Source of the DNA: Rickettsiales bacterium
Lineage (GTDB): Bacteria > Pseudomonadota > Alphaproteobacteria > Rickettsiales > JBIKYU01
DNA: 64,000 nucleotides
NCBI GenBank assembly: GCA_044355085.1
Contig: JBIKYU010000001.1
Span: forward strand, 3,177-67,176
Direction of reading: 5' to 3'
The position numbers were made by a program, and so were the translations under genes. Below are positions 1 to 10,217 of the stretch, piece after piece (positions within the stretch are counted from its first letter, which is position 1; each line of letters begins with the position of its first letter). The notes below the pieces were generated by a model. It was not told the DNA's origin. It ran no database searches and saw only the letters and a program-made list of their open reading frames with translations.

Positions 1-46
1 CAACTCTTAATCTTCCTTGTGTATGAAAGTTGTTAGTTTTAGTCAT
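1..46 (-). CDS. 5' end of an unnamed CDS that leaves the window at the left edge
   Basis: Minus-strand ATG at 44-46, preceded by GAGGAA (Shine-Dalgarno-like) at 51-56. It reads MTKTNNFHTQGRLRV. Only 15 codons are visible, so no product can be named. Confidence 0.3.
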   Translation of the reverse strand, partial: MTKTNNFHTQGRLRV

Positions 47-212
47 TTTATTCCTCGATCTTAATGTTAAAAGTTTTTCCTTAGCGAGGAACATAGAATC
101 TGTATGCTACAGTTTTGTTACAAACTAAGAAGAGCGCTCAAAACATAGGTTTCAGAGGTTTTTTATCATCTTGTGGGCGCATTTATTTTGTGGTTTTTAA
201 ATTAGAACCAGC

Positions 213-977
213 CTAAAAATCTGGAGCTAATTTCGCATACGCAGAATTTCTTGCCGCAATTTTATTCTGCACAATTTGATAAAACGCCTTTTCTATCGCG
301 TTGGCATTTTGCTTTATATCAACATCGACTTTGCAGATCAGGTCATTTTCACGCAGCACTGGGCGCAGAATATTTTTTGCGGACCATTTAATGTTCGGGT
401 TATGGCGAAAATCTAGGGCAACTATTGGCAAAGCCTTAAGCAGCGCTTCAAGCTCTGGCGATAGGCAGAAAAGATTTTGATGCCGAACGCAAAGATGTAT
501 GGGCGGCAAAATATTAGCAGGTTCTTTTTGTGTGATTTCCAGAAGCGGCGATAAAAATGTTACCAAATCTGCGTCTTGCCATTTTTCTAAATCTGGCATT
601 GCAGCAGACATAATGCCGATTCTAAGCGGCCCGCTGCGATATTCTTTTTTGTCGAGAATTTTGCGCTTAAGATCGAGCGCTGCCGCCTGAATACTAGCTT
701 TCTGCAAGGGTCTGGCGATGCATAAATCATTTTGTTCTCCCAAGGCTTTTTCTGAGTCAAACCGAGGCTTTGAGTGCGGCAATTTTTGCTCTAAATCTGC
801 GCGCGGCTTCGCGGTTTTTTCTCGATCATCCGCTTGATCTGGTTTTCGCTTTTTTTTCGCTGCTTCAAGCTGAATAGCAAAAGCCAATTGCGGGCGTTTG
901 GTGCCATCTTTCCGTTCTTGCATGATACTTTCCTGAGTTGCTTTGGATACTTTCCAATTGACAGCTTTTAACAACAT
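213..977 (-). CDS. hypothetical protein with a basic, disordered N-terminal half
   Basis: 254-aa ORF. The N-terminal 90 aa are K/R/E/D-rich (AAKKKRKPDQADDREKTAKPR). The C-terminal 150 aa look globular. I recognise no family motif. An alternative start is M19. Confidence 0.5.
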   Translation of the reverse strand: MLLKAVNWKVSKATQESIMQERKDGTKRPQLAFAIQLEAAKKKRKPDQADDREKTAKPRADLEQKLPHSKPRFDSEKALGEQNDLCIARPLQKASIQAAALDLKRKILDKKEYRSGPLRIGIMSAAMPDLEKWQDADLVTFLSPLLEITQKEPANILPPIHLCVRHQNLFCLSPELEALLKALPIVALDFRHNPNIKWSAKNILRPVLRENDLICKVDVDIKQNANAIEKAFYQIVQNKIAARNSAYAKLAPDF

Positions 978-1103
978 CGCAATTTATAAAGCCATCTTTC
1001 AGACGGGCGCGCGTATAGCAAAACTCTCGCTCTAAAGTCAAATCAAGGATTTGAGAGCGCTTCAGAACAAAGTTTTCTCACCACAACCTATCCGAATTTA
1101 TTC

Positions 1104-1886
1104 ATGACCGACGCAAACAAAACCATTTCTTTTATGGCGCATTTACGCGAGCTGCGCACGCGCTTGGTGTTTGCTGCCATCGCTTACGTGATTGCGTTTT
1201 TTATTTGCTATTTCTTCGCAGAAAATATCTATGGTTGGCTGTTAAAGCCGCTTGTAAAACTATACGACCATCAGGCTGGAAGAAGGCTGATTTACACGAA
1301 TTTAACCGAAGCGTTTTTTACTTATTTACATGTGGCGATGGTTTCTGCGTTTGCGCTTTCTTTTCCTGTGATTGCTTGGCAAGTTTACGCGTTCGTTGCG
1401 CCAGGGCTTTACAAGCAAGAGCGCCGCGCTTTCGTTCCATATTTAATTGCTGCTCCTGCTTTGTTTTGTCTCGGTGCGGGATTTGTGTATGCGGCGGTTT
1501 TTCCTGTGGCTTGGCGTTTTTTCTTAGGGTTTGAATCTCCCTCTGATGCGATGGGAATTCCCGTGCAATTAGAAGCAAGAATCGGTGAATATTTTGCGTT
1601 GGTCTTACAGATGATGTGGGCTTTTGGCTTGGCTTTTCAGCTGCCAGTTATTTTGGTTTTGCTGACGCATATCGGCTTGGTTTCGGCAGAAACTTTAGCT
1701 TCCAAGCGTCGTTATGCGATTGTTGCTGCTTTTGCGATTGCGGCGGTTATGACGCCTCCAGATATTTTTAGCCAAATCGCGCTTGCGCTGCCGCTTTGCC
1801 TGCTTTACGAAGGCGCTCTTTTGGTTTGCAGATTTATTGAGAAAAAAGGAATTGTGCATGCAAGATATTCTACTGATTCGCAATAA
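1104..1886 (+). CDS. tatC: twin-arginine translocase subunit TatC
   Basis: The N-terminus FMAHLRELRTRLVFAAIAYVIAF and a multi-pass membrane profile are typical of TatC. The tatC-serS-surE order matches alphaproteobacterial synteny. Confidence 0.93.
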   Translation: MTDANKTISFMAHLRELRTRLVFAAIAYVIAFFICYFFAENIYGWLLKPLVKLYDHQAGRRLIYTNLTEAFFTYLHVAMVSAFALSFPVIAWQVYAFVAPGLYKQERRAFVPYLIAAPALFCLGAGFVYAAVFPVAWRFFLGFESPSDAMGIPVQLEARIGEYFALVLQMMWAFGLAFQLPVILVLLTHIGLVSAETLASKRRYAIVAAFAIAAVMTPPDIFSQIALALPLCLLYEGALLVCRFIEKKGIVHARYSTDSQ

Positions 1887-3147
1887 TCCTGAGCACTTTG
1901 ATGCGGCTTTAGCGCGACGCGGAATCGCGCCGCAAGCCGCTTCAATTCTTGCTCTTGATCAGGAAGCGCGAAAAAAACAAACGCAGCTGCAACAGTTGCA
2001 GCAAGATGCGAATTCCTGCGCGAAAGAAATCGGCGCACGCAAAGCAAAAGGCGAGGATGCAACAGAATTACTCGAGCGCTCGAAAGCTCTGAAAGCAGCA
2101 ATTTTGCAAGCAAAGGCGGAGCAAAGCGACTCCGATGAAGGCGAGGTTCAAGGCGCAGTTAGAGAGCGTTTGCTAACTTTGCCGAATCTTCCTGCTGCGG
2201 ATGTTCCAGACGGAGTTGACGAGCACGGAAACAAGGAAATTCGCCGCGTTGGTGCGGTGCCAGAATTTTCTTTCACTGCATCAGCGCATGATGTTTTGGG
2301 TGTGAATTTGGGTTTGATGGATTTCGATGTTGCAGCGAATTTATCTGGCAGTCGCTTTGTGTTTTTGCGCGGTGCTTTAGCGCGTCTTGAGCGCGCCTTG
2401 GCGAATTTCATGCTTGATTTGCACACGCGTGAATTTGGCTATGTTGAATGTAATGTGCCGCTTTTGGTGCGTTCAGAAACCATGCTTGGCGTTGGTCAAT
2501 TACCAAAATTTTCTGAAGAGGCTTTCCAAACCACGAATGGTTATTGGTTGATTCCAACTTCAGAAGTTTCATTGGTAGGAGCCGCAGCGCAGAGAATTTT
2601 CTCTGAAGCGGAATTGCCGTTGCGCTTAACTGCGCTTACACCTTGTTTTCGCTCGGAAGCTGGCGCCGCTGGCCGCGATACGCGCGGCATGATTCGTCAA
2701 CATCAATTCAATAAAGTTGAGCTGGTTAGCATCACCACAGAAGAACAGGCCAAGGAAGAGCATGAGCGCATGTTGAATGCCGCAGAAACTGTGCTTGCGC
2801 GCTTGGAGCTTCCGTACCGCGTTATGCTGCTTTGTGCTGGCGATATGGGATTTTGTGCACAGAAAACTTACGATATTGAAGTGTGGTTGCCAGGCCAAAA
2901 TGCCTATCGCGAAATTTCCAGCTGCTCTAATTGCGGCGATTTTCAAGGCCGGCGCATGCAAGCGCGCGTGCGCGATGCGGCAGGGAAAATTCGTCCTGTA
3001 CATACGCTAAATGGCTCTGGCCTTGCGGTTGGTCGAACCTTAGTGGCGATAATGGAGAATTATCAAAATGCTGATGGTTCAATAAATATTCCCGCTGTCT
3101 TGCAGCCTTTTATGGGCGGCGCCAGCAAAATTATCAGCGAGGCGTAA
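1858..3147 (+). CDS. serS: seryl-tRNA synthetase
   Basis: MQDILLIRNNPEHFDAALARRG, a coiled-coil arm, and class II motifs (TPCFRSEAG, GSGLAVGRTLVAIMENYQ). The start was moved to ATG 1858; the track ORF from 1783 is an upstream extension overlapping tatC. Confidence 0.95.
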   Translation: MQDILLIRNNPEHFDAALARRGIAPQAASILALDQEARKKQTQLQQLQQDANSCAKEIGARKAKGEDATELLERSKALKAAILQAKAEQSDSDEGEVQGAVRERLLTLPNLPAADVPDGVDEHGNKEIRRVGAVPEFSFTASAHDVLGVNLGLMDFDVAANLSGSRFVFLRGALARLERALANFMLDLHTREFGYVECNVPLLVRSETMLGVGQLPKFSEEAFQTTNGYWLIPTSEVSLVGAAAQRIFSEAELPLRLTALTPCFRSEAGAAGRDTRGMIRQHQFNKVELVSITTEEQAKEEHERMLNAAETVLARLELPYRVMLLCAGDMGFCAQKTYDIEVWLPGQNAYREISSCSNCGDFQGRRMQARVRDAAGKIRPVHTLNGSGLAVGRTLVAIMENYQNADGSINIPAVLQPFMGGASKIISEA

Positions 3148-3149
3148 GC

Positions 3150-3914
3150 GTGCGAATTTTAATTACCAATGATGATGGATATTTGGCGCCTGGCATTGCG
3201 TTGCTGAAAGAAATTGCGGAGCGCATTTCTGCTGATGTTTGGGTGGTAGCACCAGAGCAGGAACAAAGCGGCTCAGGCCATTCTCTTAGTCTGCGCACGC
3301 CACTGAGGATGCGGCAAATCGCTGAAAAATATTATGCCGTTAGCGGCACGCCAACTGATAGTGTTTTGGTTGCAGTTAAAGCTCTGCTTACTGATCGCAA
3401 ACCAGATTTGCTACTTTCTGGCATTAATCGCGGCCATAATTTGGGCGAAGATGTAACTTATTCTGGTACGGTTGCTGGCGCTATGGAAGGCAGTTTGCTT
3501 GGCATTACCTCGATTGCACTCAGTCAAGGCGGCAAAGAAGGAGCGATTGATTGGAGTGCTGCTACAATTCATGGAGAAAAAATTATTCGTAATTTATTGG
3601 ATGTTGGCTGGCCCGCTCATAGTTTGGTGAATGTGAATTTTCCTGAATGTTCCGCTGCAGATGTTTGCGGTGTCAGAGTTTGCCCGCAAGGGCGGAGAAA
3701 AATCGGCGCGCTCTTGAAGCAAAATAAAGATCCTGACGACAAACCTTATTATTGGATTGGCAGTCGGCGCGATGAAGAAGGCGATATTGCACATTCCGAT
3801 TTAAGCGTGGTGCGCGATAATTTTATTGCCATAACACCGCTTTCTCTTGATTTGACCGACTATTCTTGCATTACGAAATTTGATGCTGAATTAACAAGCT
3901 ACAATCTTGGATAA
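3150..3914 (+). CDS. surE: 5'/3'-nucleotidase SurE
   Basis: GTG start. MRILITNDDGYLAPGI and SGINRGHNLGEDVTYSGTVAGAMEG are SurE signatures. Confidence 0.93.
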   Translation: MRILITNDDGYLAPGIALLKEIAERISADVWVVAPEQEQSGSGHSLSLRTPLRMRQIAEKYYAVSGTPTDSVLVAVKALLTDRKPDLLLSGINRGHNLGEDVTYSGTVAGAMEGSLLGITSIALSQGGKEGAIDWSAATIHGEKIIRNLLDVGWPAHSLVNVNFPECSAADVCGVRVCPQGRRKIGALLKQNKDPDDKPYYWIGSRRDEEGDIAHSDLSVVRDNFIAITPLSLDLTDYSCITKFDAELTSYNLG

Positions 3915-3992
3915 TTTAGGGAGGAGCTTGTTCTGCGCTCTTAAACATCCATAGATTTAATCAATAAAATGCCGCTATTTGGGAGATTGCTG

Positions 3993-4601
3993 ATGGTAGA
4001 TTTACAACAAGAAGAGCGGGGGAAAAATTTTGACCCAGAAACACAAGAGCTGCGTTATGCCTCTTTCAACAGCAGGATTTTTGCGGGCTTGCTCGATTTG
4101 CTGTTTTCAACTTGTCTGATTATTCCATTTGTTTTTCTGCGGCCTTTGCTTTTTTCTCCGCCACCAACCGAGGTTATAACTCGCGCACAGCTTGGTGTTG
4201 AGCTTTCTGCTGAAGATCGCCAACAATTGAATGATTTTTTTCTACAAATTTTGGCTGAGAATCTTATTCAGCTGAGTTTTCTTGGTGCATTGTTGATTCT
4301 GTGTTGGTTATGGGCAGCGAGCACTCCTGGAAAAATGCTCCTAAAAATGCGCATTGTTGATGCAGAAACGGGACAAGCGCCAACAACGAAACAGTGGCTT
4401 AAGCGCCTGTTTGGCTATGTTTTAGCGATTTTGCCAATAGGTCTGGGATTTTTTTGGATTGCCATTTCAAAGCGACGCCAAGGCGTGCATGATATTTTTG
4501 CTGGAACCGTTGTTGTGCAGCCAAAATATTTTGGCTGGCGCTATGTGTTCAAAATTTCTCTGGCTTTTTTGCAGCGGCTGCAAAAAAAATTGTGCAAATA
4601 A
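3993..4601 (+). CDS. RDD family membrane protein
   Basis: RIFAGLLDLLFS plus a C-terminal RRQGVHDIFAGTVVV motif and TM helices. ATG 3993 has GGGAGA six nt upstream. ATG 3969 is an alternative start. Confidence 0.7.
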   Translation: MVDLQQEERGKNFDPETQELRYASFNSRIFAGLLDLLFSTCLIIPFVFLRPLLFSPPPTEVITRAQLGVELSAEDRQQLNDFFLQILAENLIQLSFLGALLILCWLWAASTPGKMLLKMRIVDAETGQAPTTKQWLKRLFGYVLAILPIGLGFFWIAISKRRQGVHDIFAGTVVVQPKYFGWRYVFKISLAFLQRLQKKLCK

Positions 4602-4706
4602 TTTTCTCTCTTTTTTAGATTATGCGCTCTTTACAGCCGCGGTGTTGGCTGTTATTTCGTCGCCCTCTTTCTTTTATAAAAGCCTTGTTTTATAAGTTGC
4701 ATAGCT

Positions 4707-5639
4707 ATGAAATTAATTGCTGGAAATACCAATATTCCACTCGCGCAGGCCATCGCAAAAGAGATATCTTGCCCGCTTACACACGCCACAATCCGCCGCT
4801 TTGCGGACATGGAAGTGTTTGTTGAAATTCACGAAAATATGCGCGGCGAAGATGTCTTCGTTATTCAGCCAACTGCATATCCGGCCAATGATTCCATAAT
4901 GGAATTGCTGATAATTATTGACGCGCTGAAGCGCTCAAGCGCCAGGCGTATAACCGCTGTTTTGCCTTATTTTGGTTATGCCAGACAAGATCGAAAACCT
5001 GGGCCGCGCACACCAATTTCAGCAAAATTAATTGCCGATTTAATTACGGTTGCTGGCGCGAACCGGGTTTTGACTCTGGATCTACATGCAGGCCAGATTC
5101 AAGGCTTTTTCAATATTCCCGTTGATCATCTACATGGCGCACCTGTTCTTGCTGCTGATGTGCAGGCGCATTATCCAGTGGAAAAATGCATGGTGGTTTC
5201 TCCTGATGTTGGTGGAGTTGTGCGCGCGCGAGCTTTAGCAAAACGCTTGGAGATTGATCTCGCAATTGTTGATAAACGCCGGGAAAAAGCTGGGTCTTCA
5301 ACGGTTATGAATATTATTGGTGATGTTAGGGATCGTCACTGTATTTTGCTTGATGATATCGTTGATTCAGCTGGAACTTTATGCAACGCCGCTGCAGCGT
5401 TGATAGAAAAAGGCGCATCTGGTGTTAGCGCCTATGTTACGCATGGCGTTCTTTCGGGTGAAGCCGTCGCAAGGGTTGAAAAATCTATACTGACAGAATT
5501 GGTTCTAACCGACAGTATTTGCCAGGCCGAGCGCGCAAAAGCCTCAAGCCGCATAAGAACAGTAACGGTTGCGCCGCTTCTGGCTGAAGCAATCAAGCGC
5601 ATTGCCGAGGAAAGCTCCGTCTCCACTTTGTTCGATTAA
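4707..5639 (+). CDS. prs: ribose-phosphate pyrophosphokinase
   Basis: [27 protein letters not shown] and [11 protein letters not shown], plus the PRPP-binding loop DDIVDSAGT. Confidence 0.95.
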   Translation: MKLIAGNTNIPLAQAIAKEISCPLTHATIRRFADMEVFVEIHENMRGEDVFVIQPTAYPANDSIMELLIIIDALKRSSARRITAVLPYFGYARQDRKPGPRTPISAKLIADLITVAGANRVLTLDLHAGQIQGFFNIPVDHLHGAPVLAADVQAHYPVEKCMVVSPDVGGVVRARALAKRLEIDLAIVDKRREKAGSSTVMNIIGDVRDRHCILLDDIVDSAGTLCNAAAALIEKGASGVSAYVTHGVLSGEAVARVEKSILTELVLTDSICQAERAKASSRIRTVTVAPLLAEAIKRIAEESSVSTLFD

Positions 5640-6141
5640 TACAATTCATTTCATGTATGGCGGTGAAGAACCAACTAGCCCGCAAGGTAGAAAATTTAAA
5701 GTTTGACTTTAAAATATCTAGCTTAAAGACTGTTCTCTCCATTCTTGCGCACGTGCAGGGATGCGTCCTGAAATTGAGCCATTCGGCGCGTTGATAATCA
5801 GCAAAAAGATTGCTGAGCAAGCCGATTCTCAAGCCATCTCGTCCAATTTTATTTTGGCTTGGAGCTGAAAATACACTCCTATTCTTTCGGCTTAACTGGC
5901 AAAATTTTTCTAAATGGCTCGGATAAAGAGCGGCTTAACGGGAAAAAACTCTCAGACCTGCTGCGGTGCTGGCTAAATTAATTGTTTGTTTCTTCATTAA
6001 AAATTTCATCGCTTGTGTTTAAAAAAAAAGCTGCTAGCATGCGCGCCCTTTTTTTTGGGATTACAAGCCGCCAAAGAGGCGGATTTGTTGGTTTTCGGGC
6101 CAGTAATGTAGAGTTTTTTAGATTTAGCGATGGAGCACCTC

Positions 6142-6807
6142 ATGGGCAACGCAGCACAATTAAAAGCAGAACCACGTAAGCAATCTGGCAAAGGCGGCGC
6201 GCGCGCTGTCCGCCGAGAAGGCAAAGTTCCAGCCATTGTTTATGGTGGAAATGCTGAGGAACTACCGATTTCCTTGTGCCACAAAACTATTACAACTGAA
6301 TATCAGCGCGGTTATTTTACTTCGCGCGTTTTCGACATGGAGATTGGCGGAAAAAACATTCACGTTATTCCACGCGATGTACAGCTTCATCCAGTCACGG
6401 ACAGCATCGAACATGTTGATTTCCAACGTATTCAGCAGCATGCGCAAGTTCGTGTGAATGTATCTCTGCGCTTTTTGAATGGCGATAAATGTATCGGTAT
6501 CAAGCGTGGTGGCGCATTAAATATTGTTCGTCGTGAAATAGAGTTCACCTGCGATGTAGATGCAGTTCCTGAAAAAATCGACATTGACTTGGCGACAGTA
6601 AATATCGGCCAAACCGTTCACGTTGGTGACATTGCCTTGCCACGCGGAGTCGAGCCAGTTCTGAAGCGTAACTTCACTATTGCTTCTGTAGTTGGACGCA
6701 GCAAAGACGACGAAACCGCTGATGCAGCAACCGCTGCTCCAGCCGCAGCTGCTGCCGATGACAAGAAAAAAGACGAAAAGAAAAAAGAAGAGAAAAAGAA
6801 AAAATAA
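6142..6807 (+). CDS. rplY: 50S ribosomal protein L25 / general stress protein Ctc, with an A-rich then K/E-rich tail
   Basis: KAEPRKQSGKGGARAVRREGKVPAIVYGG is the L25 N-terminal signature. GGAG lies six nt upstream of ATG 6142; the track start at 6130 is an alternative. It sits in the prs-rplY-pth-ychF order. Confidence 0.9.
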   Translation: MGNAAQLKAEPRKQSGKGGARAVRREGKVPAIVYGGNAEELPISLCHKTITTEYQRGYFTSRVFDMEIGGKNIHVIPRDVQLHPVTDSIEHVDFQRIQQHAQVRVNVSLRFLNGDKCIGIKRGGALNIVRREIEFTCDVDAVPEKIDIDLATVNIGQTVHVGDIALPRGVEPVLKRNFTIASVVGRSKDDETADAATAAPAAAAADDKKKDEKKKEEKKKK

Positions 6808-6808
6808 G

Positions 6809-6833
6809 GCAGAAGTAATTCTGCTTTATTTTT
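6809..6833 (+). terminator. Rho-independent terminator candidate after rplY
   Basis: GCAGAA-GTAA-TTCTGC hairpin directly after the stop codon, followed by TTTATTTTT. Confidence 0.5.
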
Positions 6834-6920
6834 CTGAAGCGGCTCTGTTTTATAAATCGCTGATGATGTTACTTTGTATCAAAATTGGTTTCTGTTTTTC
6901 GTCATTTGGCGACATAGCTT

Positions 6921-7517
6921 ATGTTTCAGTGCATAGTTGGCCTGGGAAATCCTGGACCTGAATATCTGATAACCAGGCATAATATCGGCTTTCTTTTGCT
7001 TGATGCTTTGGCCGCCGCATATGGCGGAGATTCTCCCGCTTGGCAGAAAAAAAACAATTATCTCTGGCAAAAAATCACCATTTCTACGCAGAGTATTTTT
7101 CTTATAAAGCCCCAGAATTTTATGAATCGCTCTGGTGAAGCGGTGGCTAGTTTTGCCAGCTTCTATAAATTTTCTCCTGCATCTTTTTTGGTTATTCACG
7201 ACGATCTCGATTTAGCGCCAGGAAAATTGCGCATGAAGCAAGGTGGAGGCGATGGCGGCCATAATGGACTCAAAAGTATCGACAGCCATCTGGGCAAAGA
7301 TTATTGGCGCCTGCGCGTAGGCATTGGCCGGCCCGCAAATAAAGAACATGATATTAGTGACTATGTGTTGGGGCGTTTCACGCAAGAGGAGCAGGAAGTT
7401 CTAGCCGATTACCTAGCTGCCGTGCTAGAAGAGTTTCCTACATTGCTAAGAAATGGGGCTGAGCATTTTATGTCTGCATTTGCCGCGCGCTTGCAATCGC
7501 AGACGGAGAAAATTTAA
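6921..7517 (+). CDS. pth: peptidyl-tRNA hydrolase
   Basis: VGLGNPGPEYLITRHNIGF, HDDLDLAPGKLRMK and GHNGLKS motifs. Confidence 0.95.
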   Translation: MFQCIVGLGNPGPEYLITRHNIGFLLLDALAAAYGGDSPAWQKKNNYLWQKITISTQSIFLIKPQNFMNRSGEAVASFASFYKFSPASFLVIHDDLDLAPGKLRMKQGGGDGGHNGLKSIDSHLGKDYWRLRVGIGRPANKEHDISDYVLGRFTQEEQEVLADYLAAVLEEFPTLLRNGAEHFMSAFAARLQSQTEKI

Positions 7518-7853
7518 TGGCGACTGCGTTAAAAACTTTGCACAACTGCTTAAACGGCAAATTTTTGCAGCTCTAAAAACCTAGAGGACAATTCTAATGA
7601 TGTTTTATAAAAATCTGTAAAAACAACTGAAGAATGGCTGAAATCATGAATGTTAGAAAAAGCAGGCCAGCCTTAAATTCGAGGGGATAAAAAATTCACC
7701 GAGCTGTTTAGCGGCGGAAAATATGTGGTCGAGGAGAAGCTGCAATCTGCGTCGGAATTCCTTGATAAACGAGCAAAAAACTTGGGAAAAAGTTTAGAGA
7801 TAATGAAAAAATCCTCAAATACGATAAAGTAAGAAATTAACACGGAGATAAAA

Positions 7854-8954
7854 ATGGGTTTTAACTGCGGAATCGTTGGATTGCCTAATGTTGGTAAATC
7901 AACCTTATTCAACGCGCTTACACAAACAGCGGCGGCGCAAGCTGCGAATTTTCCTTTCTGTACAATTACGCCGAATGTTGGGCGCGTTGCGGTTCCTGAT
8001 GAGCGCTTGGAGGTTTTAGCTGCGATTGCAGATTCGAAAGCAATTTTGCCAACTCAGCTTGAGTTTGTTGATATTGCAGGATTGGTGCGCGGAGCAAGTA
8101 AGGGCGAAGGTTTGGGCAATCAATTTTTATCTCATATTCGCGAAGTTGATGCGATTGCGCATGTGGTTAGATGCTTTGAAGATGGCGATATTACTCACGT
8201 TGAAGGCTCGGTTGATCCGCTGCGCGACAGTGAAATTATCAATACTGAATTGGTTTTATCTGACCTAGAAAGCGTGGAAAAACGCCTACCAAATCTCGAG
8301 AAAAAAGCCAAGCAAGGCGATGTTGAAACCGTGCAGCTGGTTGAGATTTTAAAACAAGTTTACGCTCTGCTAGCTGAAGGAAAACCAGCGCGCGTTTTAA
8401 AAGTTCATCCGAATGATTTGCGTCTATTTCGGGCGCAACAATTTTTAACAGCGAAGCCTGTTATGTATGTTTGCAATGTGGGCGAAGCAGATGCAAAAAG
8501 CGGCAATAGCTATAGCGAAGCCGTAGCAAAAATGGCGAAAGCGGAGAATGCTGCGCATATCGTAGTGTCGGCTCAAATTGAGCAGGAAATTTCCTCTCTT
8601 TCTTCGGCGGAAGAACAGGCTGAATTTCTACAAACACTAGGCCTGGATGAAGCTGGCTTAACGCGGGCAATTCGCACTGGTTATAACCTGCTTGATTTGA
8701 TGACTTATTTCACCGTTGGCCCGAAAGAAACTCGCGCCTGGACCATCACGCGCGGCACTTTAGCTCCGCAAGCAGCTGGCGTGATTCACACTGATTTTGA
8801 AAAAGGTTTTATCCGCGCGGAAGTAATTCCTTACGCAGATTTTGTGGCCTATAAAGGCGAGTCAGGAGCAAAAGAAGCAGGTAAACTACGCGTAGAAGGC
8901 AAAGATTATGTGGTGTGTGACGGAGATGTTTTGCATTTCCGCTTTAATGTGTAA
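7854..8954 (+). CDS. ychF: redox-regulated ATPase YchF
   Basis: MGFNCGIVGLPNVGKSTLFNALT P-loop, and a TGS-like C-terminus ending GKDYVVCDGDVLHFRFNV. Confidence 0.95.
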   Translation: MGFNCGIVGLPNVGKSTLFNALTQTAAAQAANFPFCTITPNVGRVAVPDERLEVLAAIADSKAILPTQLEFVDIAGLVRGASKGEGLGNQFLSHIREVDAIAHVVRCFEDGDITHVEGSVDPLRDSEIINTELVLSDLESVEKRLPNLEKKAKQGDVETVQLVEILKQVYALLAEGKPARVLKVHPNDLRLFRAQQFLTAKPVMYVCNVGEADAKSGNSYSEAVAKMAKAENAAHIVVSAQIEQEISSLSSAEEQAEFLQTLGLDEAGLTRAIRTGYNLLDLMTYFTVGPKETRAWTITRGTLAPQAAGVIHTDFEKGFIRAEVIPYADFVAYKGESGAKEAGKLRVEGKDYVVCDGDVLHFRFNV

Positions 8955-8978
8955 CCAAAAGAGCAGCGGGTTTCGCCA

Positions 8979-10217
8979 GTGAAAAATAGCCAGCAACTTC
9001 CTGGTCATACAAATTCTGCTGCGGAGGAAACGGCAGCAAAAAATCGCCGTAGAAATATTGGTTTTCTTGTTGCGCTCTTTTTCTTGTGTGCCTTTTATAG
9101 TGTGGCTTTGCTGGTTCCTAAATATTTAGCGCATAAAAAATATGCTGTAGAAAAAACTGCAAAAGCAGAAGAGAAGTTGGAAAATTTAGAAATAAAAAAA
9201 TCAGCACCATCTTATCTTGAGAAAATTCCAGATGATTTAGCGGATTTAATTTATCAGCCGAAACAAGAGCTGCCTAGCAGTGATGCGAAAAATCCTGTGG
9301 TGAATAGAACTCCGATAACTAGCGTATTGCCGTTGCTTCCGCCCACTGAAAAAACGATTGAAAAAACCAAAGCTCCGCTATTGCCTGGGTTTGTGAATTC
9401 TGCGCTGAGGGCGGCGGAGGAAAAAAAAGGTCCGCTCGGAGAAATGGCGCGCGCTTATGTGCGCGGCGCTTCTGATTTACGTTCAGGCGAAACAATTCTT
9501 TTTCAAAAAGCCAAAACTAAAAATGCGATTGGCTTTGTTGATGAAATAATTGGCCGCGGCCCAGCTGCGCAATGTGGCAGTATCGTAACCTTGCGCTACC
9601 GAGTTCTAGCCTATGACATGGCGCCGCTTTATGGCTATCCTGATTCGGCTGCGCCAATTCACCTGCAGCTGGGGAGGGATATTATCGTTACTGGTTTTGC
9701 TGAAGGATTAATCGGCACAAGAGCAGGCGGAAAAAGACATATTTCTGTGCCTGCAGCTTTTGCTTATCAAGATAAACGCTTCGGGCAAAATATTGTGCCC
9801 GATGCAACGCCGCTTACTTACGATGTCAGCATTTTGAAAGTAGAGGAAACCATTCCTCTGCCGAGTGAATGGTATGTGCTAGATGCCGAGGAAGGCGAAG
9901 GAATAAGTGCTCTTTGTGGGATGGAAGTAGAATTTCTCTATCGCTTAACTGGAAATACAAACTGGAATGGCCCTTATAAAACACAACTTGGCGCGCGCGA
10001 AATTCCTTTTGCTATGGAGCTAGCTTTGCTGCATATGCGCGAGGGTGGCGTGCGGCGTGCATTTATTTCGCCTGCAATTACAAAAACTTCTTCCAAGAAC
10101 GCTCTGATAACATTGCCGCTGGATAAAACTGCGGAAATTTATTTGCAGCTCAACAAAGCCGATTGGGAAATTACACCAGAAACCGCTTCTGTAACGAGAG
10201 AGAAAAATGATCAATGA
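8979..10217 (+). CDS. membrane-anchored protein with two tandem FKBP-like peptidyl-prolyl isomerase domains
   Basis: GTG start and an N-terminal TM helix (IGFLVALFFLCAFYSVALLV). There are two FKBP-like segments: GSIVTLRYRV...LGRDIIVTGFAEGLIGTRAGGKRHISVP, and GMEVEFLYRL...FAMELALLHMREGGVRRAFISP. It overlaps pmbA by 11 nt. Confidence 0.65.
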   Translation: MKNSQQLPGHTNSAAEETAAKNRRRNIGFLVALFFLCAFYSVALLVPKYLAHKKYAVEKTAKAEEKLENLEIKKSAPSYLEKIPDDLADLIYQPKQELPSSDAKNPVVNRTPITSVLPLLPPTEKTIEKTKAPLLPGFVNSALRAAEEKKGPLGEMARAYVRGASDLRSGETILFQKAKTKNAIGFVDEIIGRGPAAQCGSIVTLRYRVLAYDMAPLYGYPDSAAPIHLQLGRDIIVTGFAEGLIGTRAGGKRHISVPAAFAYQDKRFGQNIVPDATPLTYDVSILKVEETIPLPSEWYVLDAEEGEGISALCGMEVEFLYRLTGNTNWNGPYKTQLGAREIPFAMELALLHMREGGVRRAFISPAITKTSSKNALITLPLDKTAEIYLQLNKADWEITPETASVTREKNDQ

